Shown piece after piece: positions 38,016 through 49,524 of a stretch of DNA of 64,000 bases. The stretch comes from Macrostomum lignano (lineage: Eukaryota). Under the pieces are notes generated by a model. It searched no databases, had not been told where the DNA came from, and saw nothing but the letters and a program-made list of their open reading frames with translations. Both the position numbers and the translations under genes were made by a program. Where the stretch lies: assembly GCA_002269645.1 (NCBI GenBank), contig NIVC01002881.1:68295-132294 (forward strand), in the 5' to 3' direction. Position 1 is the first letter of the stretch. Each line of letters starts with the position of its first letter.

Positions 38016-38816
38016 TCAGGGTTCATAGGGCACAATATCCGACGCATTGCGCTGCCTCTCCTCGCGGCAGTTCACCAGCGCAGCCTTCAGACTGGCGAAG
38101 CTCGGCCTATCAGACGGGTCCCACTTCCAGCAGGCCAGCATGATGTCGTACAGAGAGTCGTCGCACTCAATCCCATTCAACTCGTCGTGTGGATTCCTCA
38201 TGCGATAGCCGTGCTGCACCATTTTAAGTATGTGCCTGTTTGTGTACAGTGAGTATGGTATGCCGCCTCTGGTGACGACCTCGTGGGCTAAGACACCGAA
38301 AGACCAAACGTCTGACTTGTTTGTCAGTTTGTATGCGAAAACTTCAGGGGCCGTCCAACGTATTGGAAATTTAGCATCTCTTGTTAGTTCGCACTCGTCC
38401 TCTTCTAAGAAACGGCTCAATCGAAAATTCCCTATCTTTACACTGTTCTCAAATCCCACGAAGATGTTGTAAGCGCGCAGATCAAAGTGAACGAGTCGTT
38501 TCTCTTCAAGATAGACCATGCCCTCAGCAATCTGCTGCAGCATATGGAGCATCGCTTCGTAGGTAACGAGTTTGCCATTCCTACTGTCATTTCGGAGGTA
38601 CCCTAGCAGGTTTTGACCATTCGACAGCAGCTCAGTAACGATGAAGGGCCTGGGAGCAGCGGTGCAGACACCGAGAAGCTGAACAATCTTGGAATGGTTC
38701 AGCGCTCGCATCACTTCGGCCTCTTGCACGACTGTCTGCTGCTTGTCGTCGCCTGATTCTTCGGGAAATATCACCAAAACTTGTACCACTGAGTTTCCGA
38801 AATTCGCTTTCCAGAA
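38016..38816 (-). CDS. Src/Frk-like tyrosine kinase-fold protein, exon 2 (kinase domain; predicted pseudokinase)
   Basis: Acceptor atgcag|TTC phase 0; QEAEVM, LLGVC, HFDLRAYN, KIGNFRLSR, KFPIRWTAPE, SDVWSFG, PSDRPSF; C-tail PYEP*. Confidence 0.92.
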   Translation of the reverse strand, partial: FWKANFGNSVVQVLVIFPEESGDDKQQTVVQEAEVMRALNHSKIVQLLGVCTAAPRPFIVTELLSNGQNLLGYLRNDSRNGKLVTYEAMLHMLQQIAEGMVYLEEKRLVHFDLRAYNIFVGFENSVKIGNFRLSRFLEEDECELTRDAKFPIRWTAPEVFAYKLTNKSDVWSFGVLAHEVVTRGGIPYSLYTNRHILKMVQHGYRMRNPHDELNGIECDDSLYDIMLACWKWDPSDRPSFASLKAALVNCREERQRNASDIVPYEP

Positions 38817-38966
38817 CTGCAAATGAGTTACATGTAAGACACATCAAGTAAATGATTATGCAAATTCTGATTGATTTAAGTCCAAAGGGGAAATTTTGAA
38901 ACCCATGATGGCCATGGTTATTGAAATGGGACGTGGAGAGGCAGAGAGCAAACGGTGATGACTTAC

Positions 38967-39392
38967 TTTGCCGCCAAAGCTTGGACTTATTTTCTCCATC
39001 AGTTTTACCTGACAAATACTAATCTCATAGTCGCTCCATTGGAGCGGCCGGACGTACTCCCTTGGACAAGGCGCTTTCAACTGGCAGCCGAGTTCAGTAG
39101 TAGTAGTATTCTCATAATGTTCGATCATAGCTTGCAGGCTGTCAAAGAGATCAAGACTAATGTAGAGCCCAAGACTGTCTGCCTGTTTCACCACATGATG
39201 CTGGACCAAGATTCGACTCTCATCGTTGCTTTTCGATCGAACACTCAAGGTGCACACGCTGTGTTCGTCGGCCAGTTCGCACGGACGAAGCAGGAACGTC
39301 CCGATTGGCAGGCCCGGCATCAGAAGTTTCCGCTCCGCCTCTTTGGCATCAATGTCGAACCATTGATTGCCCATTAGTTGCTCATTTTCCAT
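38967..39392 (-). CDS. Src/Frk-like protein, exon 1 (SH2 domain, linker, Gly-loop position)
   Basis: ATG 39392; QWF...EAERKLL...GTFLLR...TLSVR...FDSLQAMIEHY...LGCQLKAPC is an SH2 domain; donor AAA|gtaagt phase 0; 150-nt intron; 408 aa in total. Confidence 0.9.
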
Positions 39393-39816
39393 TTGAACTG
39401 TTTATTAAACAGCTTTTTACTTTGCTCTAAACGTCTATGCGGCCCTACATGTTAATAAATCTTAAGAATATATCCAGTTCGCAAATTAAATGTACACAAA
39501 TTCGTATGCAAGTCCATTACAATTGAGTGCAGTGTGCTCCAATGTACACCCACCCATCCTGGGTCATTGTGGGTCAAGCACGTTGGTATACACTAATTAT
39601 TGTCGTGGTTCATTGTATGCACATTGCGCACACTTTACTGCCGTATTTTGCTGCAGGCCGTTTAATTCGCGGATTTTGCAGAAATGACAGATCCTGCATG
39701 ATGATGCATTTATTTACAGCTTAATACTTTGTTTGTTAGTCCTGCTGTTGGCCTACCTTTCTACGTCATTTTAGTAACCATTAAAATACTCCTTACACAA
39801 ACTATTAGTTAATAAG

Positions 39817-39920
39817 GCTGTCTGTCTGTCTGTCTGTCTGTGTCTGTCTGTCTGTCTTGGTGTCTGTCTGTCTGTCTGACTGTCAGTGTGTCTGTGTGTC
39901 TGTCTGTCTGTCTGTCTTGG

Positions 39921-39957
<37 letters not shown>

Positions 39958-40024
39958 TGGTGTCTGTCTGTCTGTCTGTCTGACTGTCAGTGTGTCTGTG
40001 TGTCTGTCTGTCTGTCTGTCTTGG

Positions 40025-40061
<37 letters not shown>

Positions 40062-40096
40062 TGGTGTCTGTCTGTCTGTCTGTCTGTCTGTCTTGG

Positions 40097-40141
<45 letters not shown>

Positions 40142-40150
40142 GCCTGCCTG
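39817..40150. repeat. (GTCT)n-based compound microsatellite
   Basis: GTCT runs punctuated by CTTGGT. Confidence 0.95.
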
Positions 40151-40889
40151 CTTGTCCACAGGGCCAGCCCTTCATCCACAGAAAGCTGAGATCCATTTAA
40201 CACCTGGCACTTCGATAATCAAATACCGAAGCAGTCAAATAGCCACATGCAAATATTGCAGACCCAGGAAAATAAAATCGAGTAAAAAAGCTGTCTTTCC
40301 GCAAATAATTTATTTCCATTTTTACTCGACAGAGTTGAAGTTTACAACTTATATAAGAGCATGAAAGTATACTTAGGCTTAAAAATATCAGCAAGTCCTT
40401 TCAGCAAAATTATAAGTTCATAATTGGCACTAATTATAATTCAAAAATATTCTATTTGATAACAAAGAAGTTTAAAATCAAGCAGTTATTTTGTAAGTGA
40501 AGTAAAGTAGAGTGTCAAAACAAATCCTATTCCCCCGTATTCTTCGGTCCAAGCTCATTCGTTGTCGAGATCTGAAATTTGAATATTGCAACAAAATTAA
40601 TTGGACACTACTGACAGTAGACTAGTTAAGATAAAAACCGAGAATTTTAATAATAAACACTGCTTTATGCGTCACTTGGTTGACTGGCTGGTCTAAAAAA
40701 ATGCAGAGGACACGGCAAAAATTATTTACATAACCTTGGCTTGGCGCAGTTTAGCGTGCGTTCGGGCGGCTTTAAGGACACGACCGCACTGCTATCAAAA
40801 TCACCACATGGAGCTTTCAGAGGGAAACCAAATGCCTATAAGCTACATGTAGTGTTCTGACAATAGAGGCAGACAGGCAGAGGGGTGGG

Positions 40890-41630
40890 GGAGTCAGAGG
40901 TGAACAGTCAGAGGAGGAGATGGAGAGTCAGAGGAGGAGATGGAGAGTCAGTGGAGGAGATAGAGAGTCAGAGGAGGAGATGGAGAGTCAGTGGAGGAGA
41001 TGCAGAGTCAGAGGAGGAGATGGAGAGTCAGTGGAGGAGATAGAGAGTCAGAGGAGGAGATGGAGAGTCAGTGGAGGAGATGCAGAGTCAGAGGAGGAGA
41101 TGGAGAGTCAGATAATGAGATGCAGAGCCAGATAATGAGATGCAGAGTCAGATAATGAGATTCAGAGTCAGATAATGAGATGCAGAGTCAGATAATGAGA
41201 TGCAGAGTCAGATAATGAGATGCAGAGTCAGATAATGAGATGCAGAGTCAGATAATGAGATGCAGAGTCAGATAATGAGATGCAGAGTCAGATAATGAGA
41301 TGCAGAGTCAGATAATGAGATGCAGAGTCAGATAATGAGATTCAGAGTCAGATAATGAGATTCAGAGTCAGATAATGAGATGCAGAGTCAGATAATGAGA
41401 TGCAGAGTCAGATAATGAGATGCAGAGTCAGATAATGAGATTCAGAGTCAGATAATGAGATGCAGAGTCAGATAATGAGATGCAGAGTCAGATAATGAGA
41501 TGCAGAGTCAGATAATGAGATGCAGAGCCAGATAATGAGATGCAGAGTCAGATAATGAGATGCAGAGTCAGATAATGAGATGCAGAGTCAGATAATGAGA
41601 TGCAGAGTCAGATAATGAGATGCAGAGCCA
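40890..41630. repeat. Two abutting 20-bp minisatellites
   Basis: GAGTCAGAGGAGGAGATGGA (to ~41105), then GAGTCAGATAATGAGATGCA. Confidence 0.96.
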
Positions 41631-42129
41631 GAGGAGGATGGACAGTCCAGTTGTGCACATCACAACGGTCAGCCGGCAGACTCAAACCGACACAAGAGGG
41701 TGAGGCAAGAGCAGCGACCCCTGACAGCAGGGACTGAGGAGTCAGAGACTTGCTAATGCTCGCGATGATTACGTAATAACCAGCGAGGGTAGGGAAGGGG
41801 TTGGAGGAGGGAGGGTGCTTTGCGGCCTGGGCAGGCAAGCAGACAGCTGCGAGAGTTTGAGCACACAGGGTGATCTATGGCGGGGGCATTGCAGCTGACA
41901 CGGCACCCATAGGCCAAGGGAACGGACAAAAACTTCATGCGTACTGCGTTAGCCAATTAATTCTCTGCGCGTTTTATAGCTGGGGCTTGACTGCTGAGTC
42001 CCTTCTCATATTCCTAGGAACAGATGGTCCTGTATGCACCAAATTTGATACTGGTTACATAGATTGCATGAATACTATGCTGGACCAGTCTGATAGTAAT
42101 GCAGTCAAACAGCCGACTCGAAAGCAAAG

Positions 42130-43308
42130 AGGAGAAATGAGAAATGAGAAAGGAGAGGGAGAGATGAGAAAGGAGAGGGAGAGATGAGAAAGGAGAGGGA
42201 GAGATGAGAAAGGAGAGGGAGACATGAGAAAGGAGAGGGAGAGATGAGAAAGGAGAGGGAGAGATGAGAAAGGAGAGGGAGACATGAGAAAGGAGAGGGA
42301 GAGATGAGAAAGGAGAGGGAGAGATGAGAAAGGAGAGGGAGAGATACGAAAGGAGAGGGAGAGATGAGAAAGGAGAGGGAGAGATGAGAAAGGAGAGGGA
42401 GAGATGAGAAAGGAGAGGGAGAGATGAGAAAGGAGAGGGAGAGATGAGAAAGGAGAGGGAGAGATGAGAAAGGAGAGGGAGAGATGAGAAAGGAGAGGGA
42501 GAGATGAGAAAGGAGAGGGAGAGATGAGAAAGGAGAGGGAGAGATGAGAAAGGAGAGGGAGAGATGAGAAAGGAGAGGGAGACATGAGAAAGGAGAGGGA
42601 GAGATGAGAAAGGAGAGGGAGAGATGAGAAAGGAGAGGGAGACATGAGAAAGGAGAGGGAGAGATGAGAAAGGAGAGGGAGAGATGAGAAAGGAGAGGGA
42701 GAGATACGAAAGGAGAGGGAGAGATGAGAAAGGAGAGGGAGAGATGAGAAAGGAGAGGGAGAGATGAGAAAGGAGAGGGAGAGATGAGAAAGGAGAGGGA
42801 GAGATGAGAAAGGAGAGGGAGAGATGAGAAAGGAGAGGGAGAGATGAGAAAGGAGAGGGAGAGATGAGAAAGGAGAGGGAGAGATGAGAAAGGAGAGGGA
42901 GAGACGAGAAAGGAGAGGGAGAGATGAGAAAGGAGAGGGAGAGATGAGAAAGGAGAGGGAGAGATGAGAAAGGAGAGGGAGAGACGAGAAAGGAGAGGGA
43001 GAGATGAGAAAGGAGAGGGAGAGATGAGAAAGGAGAGGGAGAGATGAGAAAGGAGAGGAGAGATGAGAAAGGAGAGGGAGAGATGAGAAAGGAGAGGGAG
43101 AGATGAGAAAGGAGAGGGAGAGATGAGAAAGGAGAGGGAGAGATGAGAAAGGAGAGGGAGAGATGAGAAAGGAGAGGGAGAGATGAGAAAGGAGAGGGAG
43201 AGATGAGAAAGGAGAGGGAGAGATGAGAAAGGAGAGGGAGAGATGAGAAAGGAGAGGGAGAGATGAGAAAGGAGAGGGAGAGATGAGAAAAGAGAGGGAG
43301 AGATGATA
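42130..43308. repeat. 20-bp purine-rich minisatellite, about 58 copies
   Basis: GAGATGAGAAAGGAGAGGGA. Confidence 0.98.
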
Positions 43309-43852
43309 AAGGACAATGGAGAACAGAGGCGAGAGGGGAAGACAAAGTGATGAAGGAAACAAGAAGCAAGAGGAAAAAAGCCAGTGAGGGGAAGAATTCC
43401 CGGCAATCCCAAGGCTTCTTATGTTGAATCACCCTCTCGCTCCGCTGCAATGCCTCCCGATATAAAAAAGGGTATAGTGTTTTTATAAAATCCCAGAAAA
43501 AAATTGTGCAGCTGGGGTTTTTTAGTCAGCCTGTTGTGCAACAACCTCGGTTTGGCAGCCTTCCTGCTGGGCTATACAGGGGTAGCTTGCATTGTGAGAG
43601 AAATCAGGAAAAAATCATCATCAAATTGGTCGTTCTGCGCTGTCCCGAGGGCGGAAGCGAACAGCACCGTGTTTGACTCTGACCCAACCCAACACTTAGT
43701 CACTCTTTAAGCTGCTGCTGGCAAATCTACCAGCTAAATGCTAAAGAGACGAGGATAGAACGAGTTTACGTTACCATGGGAGTCAGTCACACGGCTAAAA
43801 TGGTCTACCGGTGCAAGAAATCTGAATGGAGAAAACCAAACTCAAACGAATT

Positions 43853-44690
43853 GAATGTACATTCAAGCGAGTCAGACATCCACCTCATTCCTCGGAACTG
43901 GGCGGCTAGACTTAGAGTGAGTGTACATTCAGGCGAGTCAGACACCCACCTCACTCCTCGGAACTGTGCGGCTAGAGTGAGTGTACATTCAGGCGAGTCA
44001 GACACCCACCTCATTCCTCGGAACTGGGCGGCTAGACTTAGAGTGAGTGTACATTCAGGCGAGTCAGACACCCACCTCACTCCTCGGAACTGGGCGGCTA
44101 GACTTAGAGTGAGTGTACATTCAGGCGAGTCAGACACCCACCTCACTCCTCGGAACTGGGCGGCTAGAATGAATGTACATTCAAGCGAGTCAGACATCCA
44201 CCTCATTCCTCGGAACAGTGCGGCTAGAATAAGTGTACATTCAGGCGAGTAAGACACCCACCTCACTCCTCGGAACTGGGCGGCTAGACTTAGAGTGAGT
44301 GTACATACATTCAGGCGAGTCAGACACCCACCTCACTCCTCGGAACTGGGCGGCTAGAATGAGTGTACATTCAGGCGAGTCAGACACCCACCTCACTCCT
44401 CGGAACTGGGCGGCTAGATTAATTTACATTCAGGCGAGTAAGACACCCGCCTCACTCCTCGGAACTGGGCGGCTAGAATGAGTGTACATTCAGGCGAGTC
44501 AGACACCCACCTCACTCCTCGGAAATGGGCGGCTAGAGTGAGTGTACATTCAGGCGAGTCAGACACCCACCTCACTCCTCGGAAATGGGCGGCTAGAGTG
44601 AGTGTACATTCAGGCGAGTCAGACACCCACCTCACTCCTCGGAAATGGGCGGCTAGAGTGAGTGTACATTCAGGCGAGTCAGACACCCAC
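43853..44690. repeat. 60/66-bp minisatellite
   Basis: GTACATTCAGGCGAGTCAGACACCCACCTCACTCCTCGGAAATGGGCGGCTAGAGTGAGT, with or without CTTAGA. Confidence 0.96.
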
Positions 44691-44792
44691 CATAACCTCA
44701 CAGAAAAAGTTCCTTACCTGCATAAAAGTAGCAGATTAGAGAAGTCAAATATTGAAGCCCGCAAAACAGAAAAAGACTCCAATGAAGCAGCA

Positions 44793-44919
44793 CTAGCCTC
44801 CACTAATTGGCGGTATAACAGCTAATTCGTCGCCAGATTTGACGCTAATATCGCAATCCTCCGGATGGACGTACTCTTGATTAACACTGAGAACAAAACA
44901 TCCGTTTAACTGAGCGAGG
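44793..44919 (-). CDS. MOCS2: Molybdopterin synthase sulfur-carrier subunit (MOCS2A/MoaD), last exon
   Basis: Acceptor ttacag|C (phase 2); FVLSVNQEY...GDELAVIPPISGG* with the diagnostic C-terminal Gly-Gly. Confidence 0.93.
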
Positions 44920-45012
44920 CTGTAAAAATTAGATGCGAGGTTAATGAGTTTTGCATGAATAAATCCAAAGTAATAAAGCCTTTGAACGTATAACAAAATA
45001 AAAGAAACAAAC

Positions 45013-45143
45013 CAAGGAAACAAGGTGCAAATCTGATCCTTGAGACTGGCGCCAGTGGCGAAGTTGTCCCGATCCAGCGCGATGTCTGCTTCGCTGCAAC
45101 CAACCAGCTCTTTGCTCTTGGCGAAGAAACGCAATTTCACCGA
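45013..45143 (-). CDS. MOCS2: MOCS2A/MoaD first located coding exon (no ATG inside)
   Basis: Acceptor ttcccag|TCG GTG AAA (SVKLRFFAKSKELVG, compare MoaD V.VLFFA.ARE.VG); donor TG|gtttgt phase 2; about 86 aa with an added Met. Confidence 0.88.
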
Positions 45144-45229
45144 CTGGGAAGTGAGGGGGGGGGTTGAAATACGTCCAGCCTTGAGGAAATGGAAATAACA
45201 AAGCTGTTTTACACAGGAACCCCCCCCCC

Positions 45230-45870
45230 CGCCCTAGCCACGCCAATGTACGCACAGGAGACGAGAGTCAACCCTCCCCTAGCCACGCCAATGTACGCAC
45301 AGGAGACAAGAGTCAACCCTCCCCTAGCCACGCCAATGTACGCACAGGAGACGAGAGTCAACCATCCCCTAGCCACGCCAATGTACGCACAGGAAACGAG
45401 AGTCAACCCTCCCCTAGCCACGCCAATGTACGCACAGGAGACGAGAGTCAACCCCTCCCCTAGGCACGCCAATGTACATACAAGAGACGAGAGTCAACCC
45501 CTCCCCTATTAGGCTCGCCAATTTGCATACAAGAGACGAGAGTCAACCCTCCCCTAGCCACGCCAATGTACGCACAGGAGACGAGAGTCAACCCCTCCCC
45601 TAGGCACGCCAATGTACGCACAGGAGACGAGAGTCAACCCTCCCCTAGCCACGCCAATGTACGCACAGGAGACGAGAGTCAACCCTCCCCTAGCCACGCC
45701 AATGTACGCACAGGAGACGAGAGTCAACCCTCCCCTAGCCACGCCAATGTACGCACAGGAGACGAGAGTCAACCCCTCCCCTAGGCACGCCAATGTACAT
45801 ACAAGAGACGAGAGTCAACCCCTCCCCTATTAGGCACGCCAATGTACATACAAGAGACGAGAGTCAACCC
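45230..45870. repeat. 45-bp minisatellite just upstream of the MOCS2A acceptor
   Basis: GCCACGCCAATGTACGCACAGGAGACGAGAGTCAACCCTCCCCTA. Confidence 0.96.
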
Positions 45871-46784
45871 TCCCTCCAACCCCGGCTAATGTACAACCGA
45901 GAGTCAAACATAAACCCATGTAGTCTTACGCAGGCCCCTAAAAACTTTTAAGAGAATAAAATTTGCAACACTTTTACCCTAAAAAAGTCGCGGCAGAATG
46001 CGGCGCCCCGACAGAGCAAAGAAAACAACCACAACATCAACGTAGTACAAGTGTTAGGCTATGCTGCGAAATAAATCTCCGAAATACGAGTAGTTTGAAC
46101 CGGAAAACTGAAACTGCAGTTTTTATTATCGATAATTTATTCTCGCTCCAATCCGTAGCCATCGACTAAGGAGTGCGGATGTAGACTTTCAGAAAAAATA
46201 TTATTGTACTTGAAATCGCTGCTTTCAGTGCAACTGAAGGCGAAATATATTATATATGCATAGAAACTTAGCAGACAGCTGATGACCCCACAGCGACATT
46301 ACAAGTAAAGTACAATATGCAACATCAAATAGTTTCTCTTCTCTCTCCCTCCCTAACCTCGTTCGCTCTTTTACGCGGTCGTAAAACTGCTACGCCGATG
46401 CTTTTGGAGCTTAACCAACTGGACTGTGTACTTTACTCAGCCCAAAATATGCTTGGCGCATTAATTACAGCCGCGCCTGGAAACACATGAAATATAATTA
46501 ATTAGGCTTAGTTGAAATTGCCATACTATATTCTGCATAATAAAAATGCCTAATCTCAGAAAGTACTGCTGTAGTTAGCATTAGCAGAGCCCCCCCCCCC
46601 CCAGTATAATAATCCAATCCAAGTATACTAAAAAGGAATTAGCACTGAATAGGGTTCAAACAAGGTCAACCTATCAGGTCACACATCCGTTCCTGACGCT
46701 CTCACTCGTCTTTTGTTAGAATTTTAAGGACACATAGCAATATATACAGGAATACCAATATCCTATAATACTTTCAGAACATCC

Positions 46785-47570
46785 AATCTCATGTCTCTTT
46801 GTCTAGATTCGGTACATCTAATCTCATGTCTCTGTGTCTAGATTCGGTACATCCAATATCATGTCTCGGGGTATAGATTCGGTACATCCAATCTCATGTC
46901 TCTGGGTCTAGATTCGGTACATTCAATCTCATGTCTCTGGGTCTAGATTCGTTACATTCAATCTCATGTCTCTTTGTCTAGATTCGGTACATCTAATCTC
47001 ATGTCTCTGTGTCTAGATTCGGTACATCCAATCTCATGTCTCGGGGTCTAGATTCGGTACATCCAATCTCATGTCTCGGGGTCTAGATTCGGTACATCCA
47101 ATCTCATGTCTCTGGGTCTAGATTCGGTACATCTAATCTCATGTCTCTGTGTCTAGATTCGGTACATCCAATCTCATGTCTCTGGTCTAGATTCGGTACA
47201 TCCAATCTCATGTCTCTGGGTCTAGATTCGGTACATCCAATCTCATGTCTCTGGGTCTAGATTCGGTACATCCAATCTCATGTCTCTGGGTCTAGATTCG
47301 GTACATCCAATCTCATGTCTCTGGGTCTAGATTCGGTACATCCAATCTCATGTCTCTGGGTCTAGATTCGGTACATCTAATCTCATGTCTCTGTGTCTAG
47401 ATTCGGTACATCCAATCTCATGTCTCTGGGTCTAGATTCGGTACATCCAATCTCATGTCTCGGGGTCTAGATTCGGTACATCCAATCTCATGTCTCTGGG
47501 TCTAGATTCGGTACATCCAATCTCATGTCTCTGGGTCTAGATTCGGTACATCCAATCTCATGTCTCTGTC
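46785..47570. repeat. 35-bp minisatellite
   Basis: CCAATCTCATGTCTCTGGGTCTAGATTCGGTACAT. Confidence 0.97.
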
Positions 47571-48679
47571 TCTACATTCCATACGTAGGTACATTTAATC
47601 TCATGTCTGCGCATCGACATCCAGTAGTTTGTCTATCGAAACATCTAATCTCATATCACTACATCTATCGGCAGATCTAGTCCCATATATTCTCTATATA
47701 ATCTTTAGCCTATAAATGTCTATACTTGCCCCAGATTTCCAGCATATTCAACTAGCTAAACGCCAGCAACAAGGAGTCGGACGCAAAAAAGTTATACCGA
47801 AAAATTGAAAAAACCCAATCGTTTTGCGTCTTTTTCGATCGATAAAAAGTCAATTTCAAGTTGGCCACACCAGCACGAGACAGAAAAGTAGTGATGTGGT
47901 TGAGCTCCATGCGAGGAGGACAGAAAAGCACTTTTCAGTCTGCACACGCAATGCCATCATCTGCTTCAGATAAAAAGGCGAAATGCTCACTCTATCAAGC
48001 ACAGCGCATTCTGCACTGGCGACTTGGAGGGAGACTGAAGTCTGAAGCTGAATAACTCCTGGTGGGAACAGGACACACGGATTTAATGTCTGTCTGTGCT
48101 TCAAACGGATCCGTGTCTGTGTCCTGTGTGTCAGTCTGTCTGCTTGTCTATCTGCCGGCCGGCCTGTCTGTCTGTCTGTCTGTCTGTCTTAGTGCATTTA
48201 ATTGCGGGAAGCGTTTATGAGGCCTGTGTCTTCAAATTTGTAAAATTAGATAGCTGGTTTCGATTACCACCTCAGGGCCAAGGGAAGGTCAGCGAATGCT
48301 CACTCCAAGAACAAGAATTTCTGCTTTTGGTAAAAGAAAATCTGTCTGCCGGGAAGGGTGAGGGCGACTTCGCCTTGGTTTGGTCTAAACAAATTGGTTA
48401 TGCAATCGGGCACTGAAAGCATTTTATCTGCCGGTTCTTCTTTTTCTTTTCGTTCTCCGCCAGTTTGCTTCGCCTCACTCTTGACAGAGAGAGGCCTCTG
48501 CAAGGTTTACCAAATCAATTTCCTCTCCGGATCGGACTATGCTGAGAGAGTCCTCAATGCTCAATACTGGCTGGTGTTCGAGTGCGTCTCTCTCATGAGA
48601 GGCAGACATTTTCAACTAGGAGTCCAGAAGACGTTGGTAGAATATGAGTAGAATGATGCAAACTGAAGCAATTTGATCC

Positions 48680-48710
<31 letters not shown>

Positions 48711-48737
48711 GGCAGGCAGACAGGCAGGCAGGCAGGC

Positions 48738-48800
<63 letters not shown>

Positions 48801-48825
48801 TAGACAGACAGACAGATAGACAGGC

Positions 48826-48862
<37 letters not shown>

Positions 48863-49362
48863 GGCAGACAGACTCACAAGCAGTCCCACCGCTAATCTGC
48901 GCCAGCCGAATGGGAATCCCACAAGCTGGCCAGGGTGTCCGAGGCAGAATCCCCCCCCCCCCCCGCGCGCCTGCAAGCCGTGGGTGGCACCAGAAAAGCT
49001 ATCCGTCAAAAGAGACGGAGAAAGAAGCAGCGAAACGAAAAGAGGGAACAGCAGGGTGAGAGAAAATGGCTGAGAAAGTCTGGTTGCAAAGCGTCATAAT
49101 AGAGAGCGCATTCATGCCCCGCTGGGCTCCCAGTTTCCTCTTTTGGGAAGCAGTTATTAAGCTGCGTTGGTTGGGGGTATGTTTAGTACTTTAATAATTT
49201 AGCGGAATTGATGATGGGAATCTTGCGAATTATGAATAGATAGATTGGTCAATAAATTGATAAATAGATAGATTGGTCAATAAATTGATAAATAGATAGA
49301 TACAGAAGAAAGACAGACAGACAGGTGGGCAGACAGACAGGCAGGCAGGCAGACAGGCAGGC

Positions 49363-49460
<98 letters not shown>

Positions 49461-49467
49461 TCAGAGG

Positions 49468-49500
<33 letters not shown>

Positions 49501-49524
49501 TCAGAGGGACAGACAGACAGACAG
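48680..49524. repeat. Two (GACA)n microsatellites (48680-48872 and 49310-49524)
   Basis: GACA/GGCA tetramers separated by unique sequence. Confidence 0.93.

Noticed and set aside
37223-38028. Basic repeat peptide KRQGRPP resembling AT-hooks
   Set aside because: Core is QGRP rather than RGRP; all three frames on both strands are open because of the 20-bp unit; no splice or start context.
42014-43450. 435-478 aa S/L/P/F ORFs on -
   Set aside because: Antisense reading of the 20-bp purine array.
47860-49200. Protein-like fragments on - (MSASHERDALEHQPVLSIEDSLSIVRSGEEIDL; VPDCITNLFRPNQGEVALTLPGRQ), briefly considered as MOCS2B or gephyrin
   Set aside because: Could not be joined in consistent phases without stops and lack MoaE/MoeA signature motifs; left unannotated.
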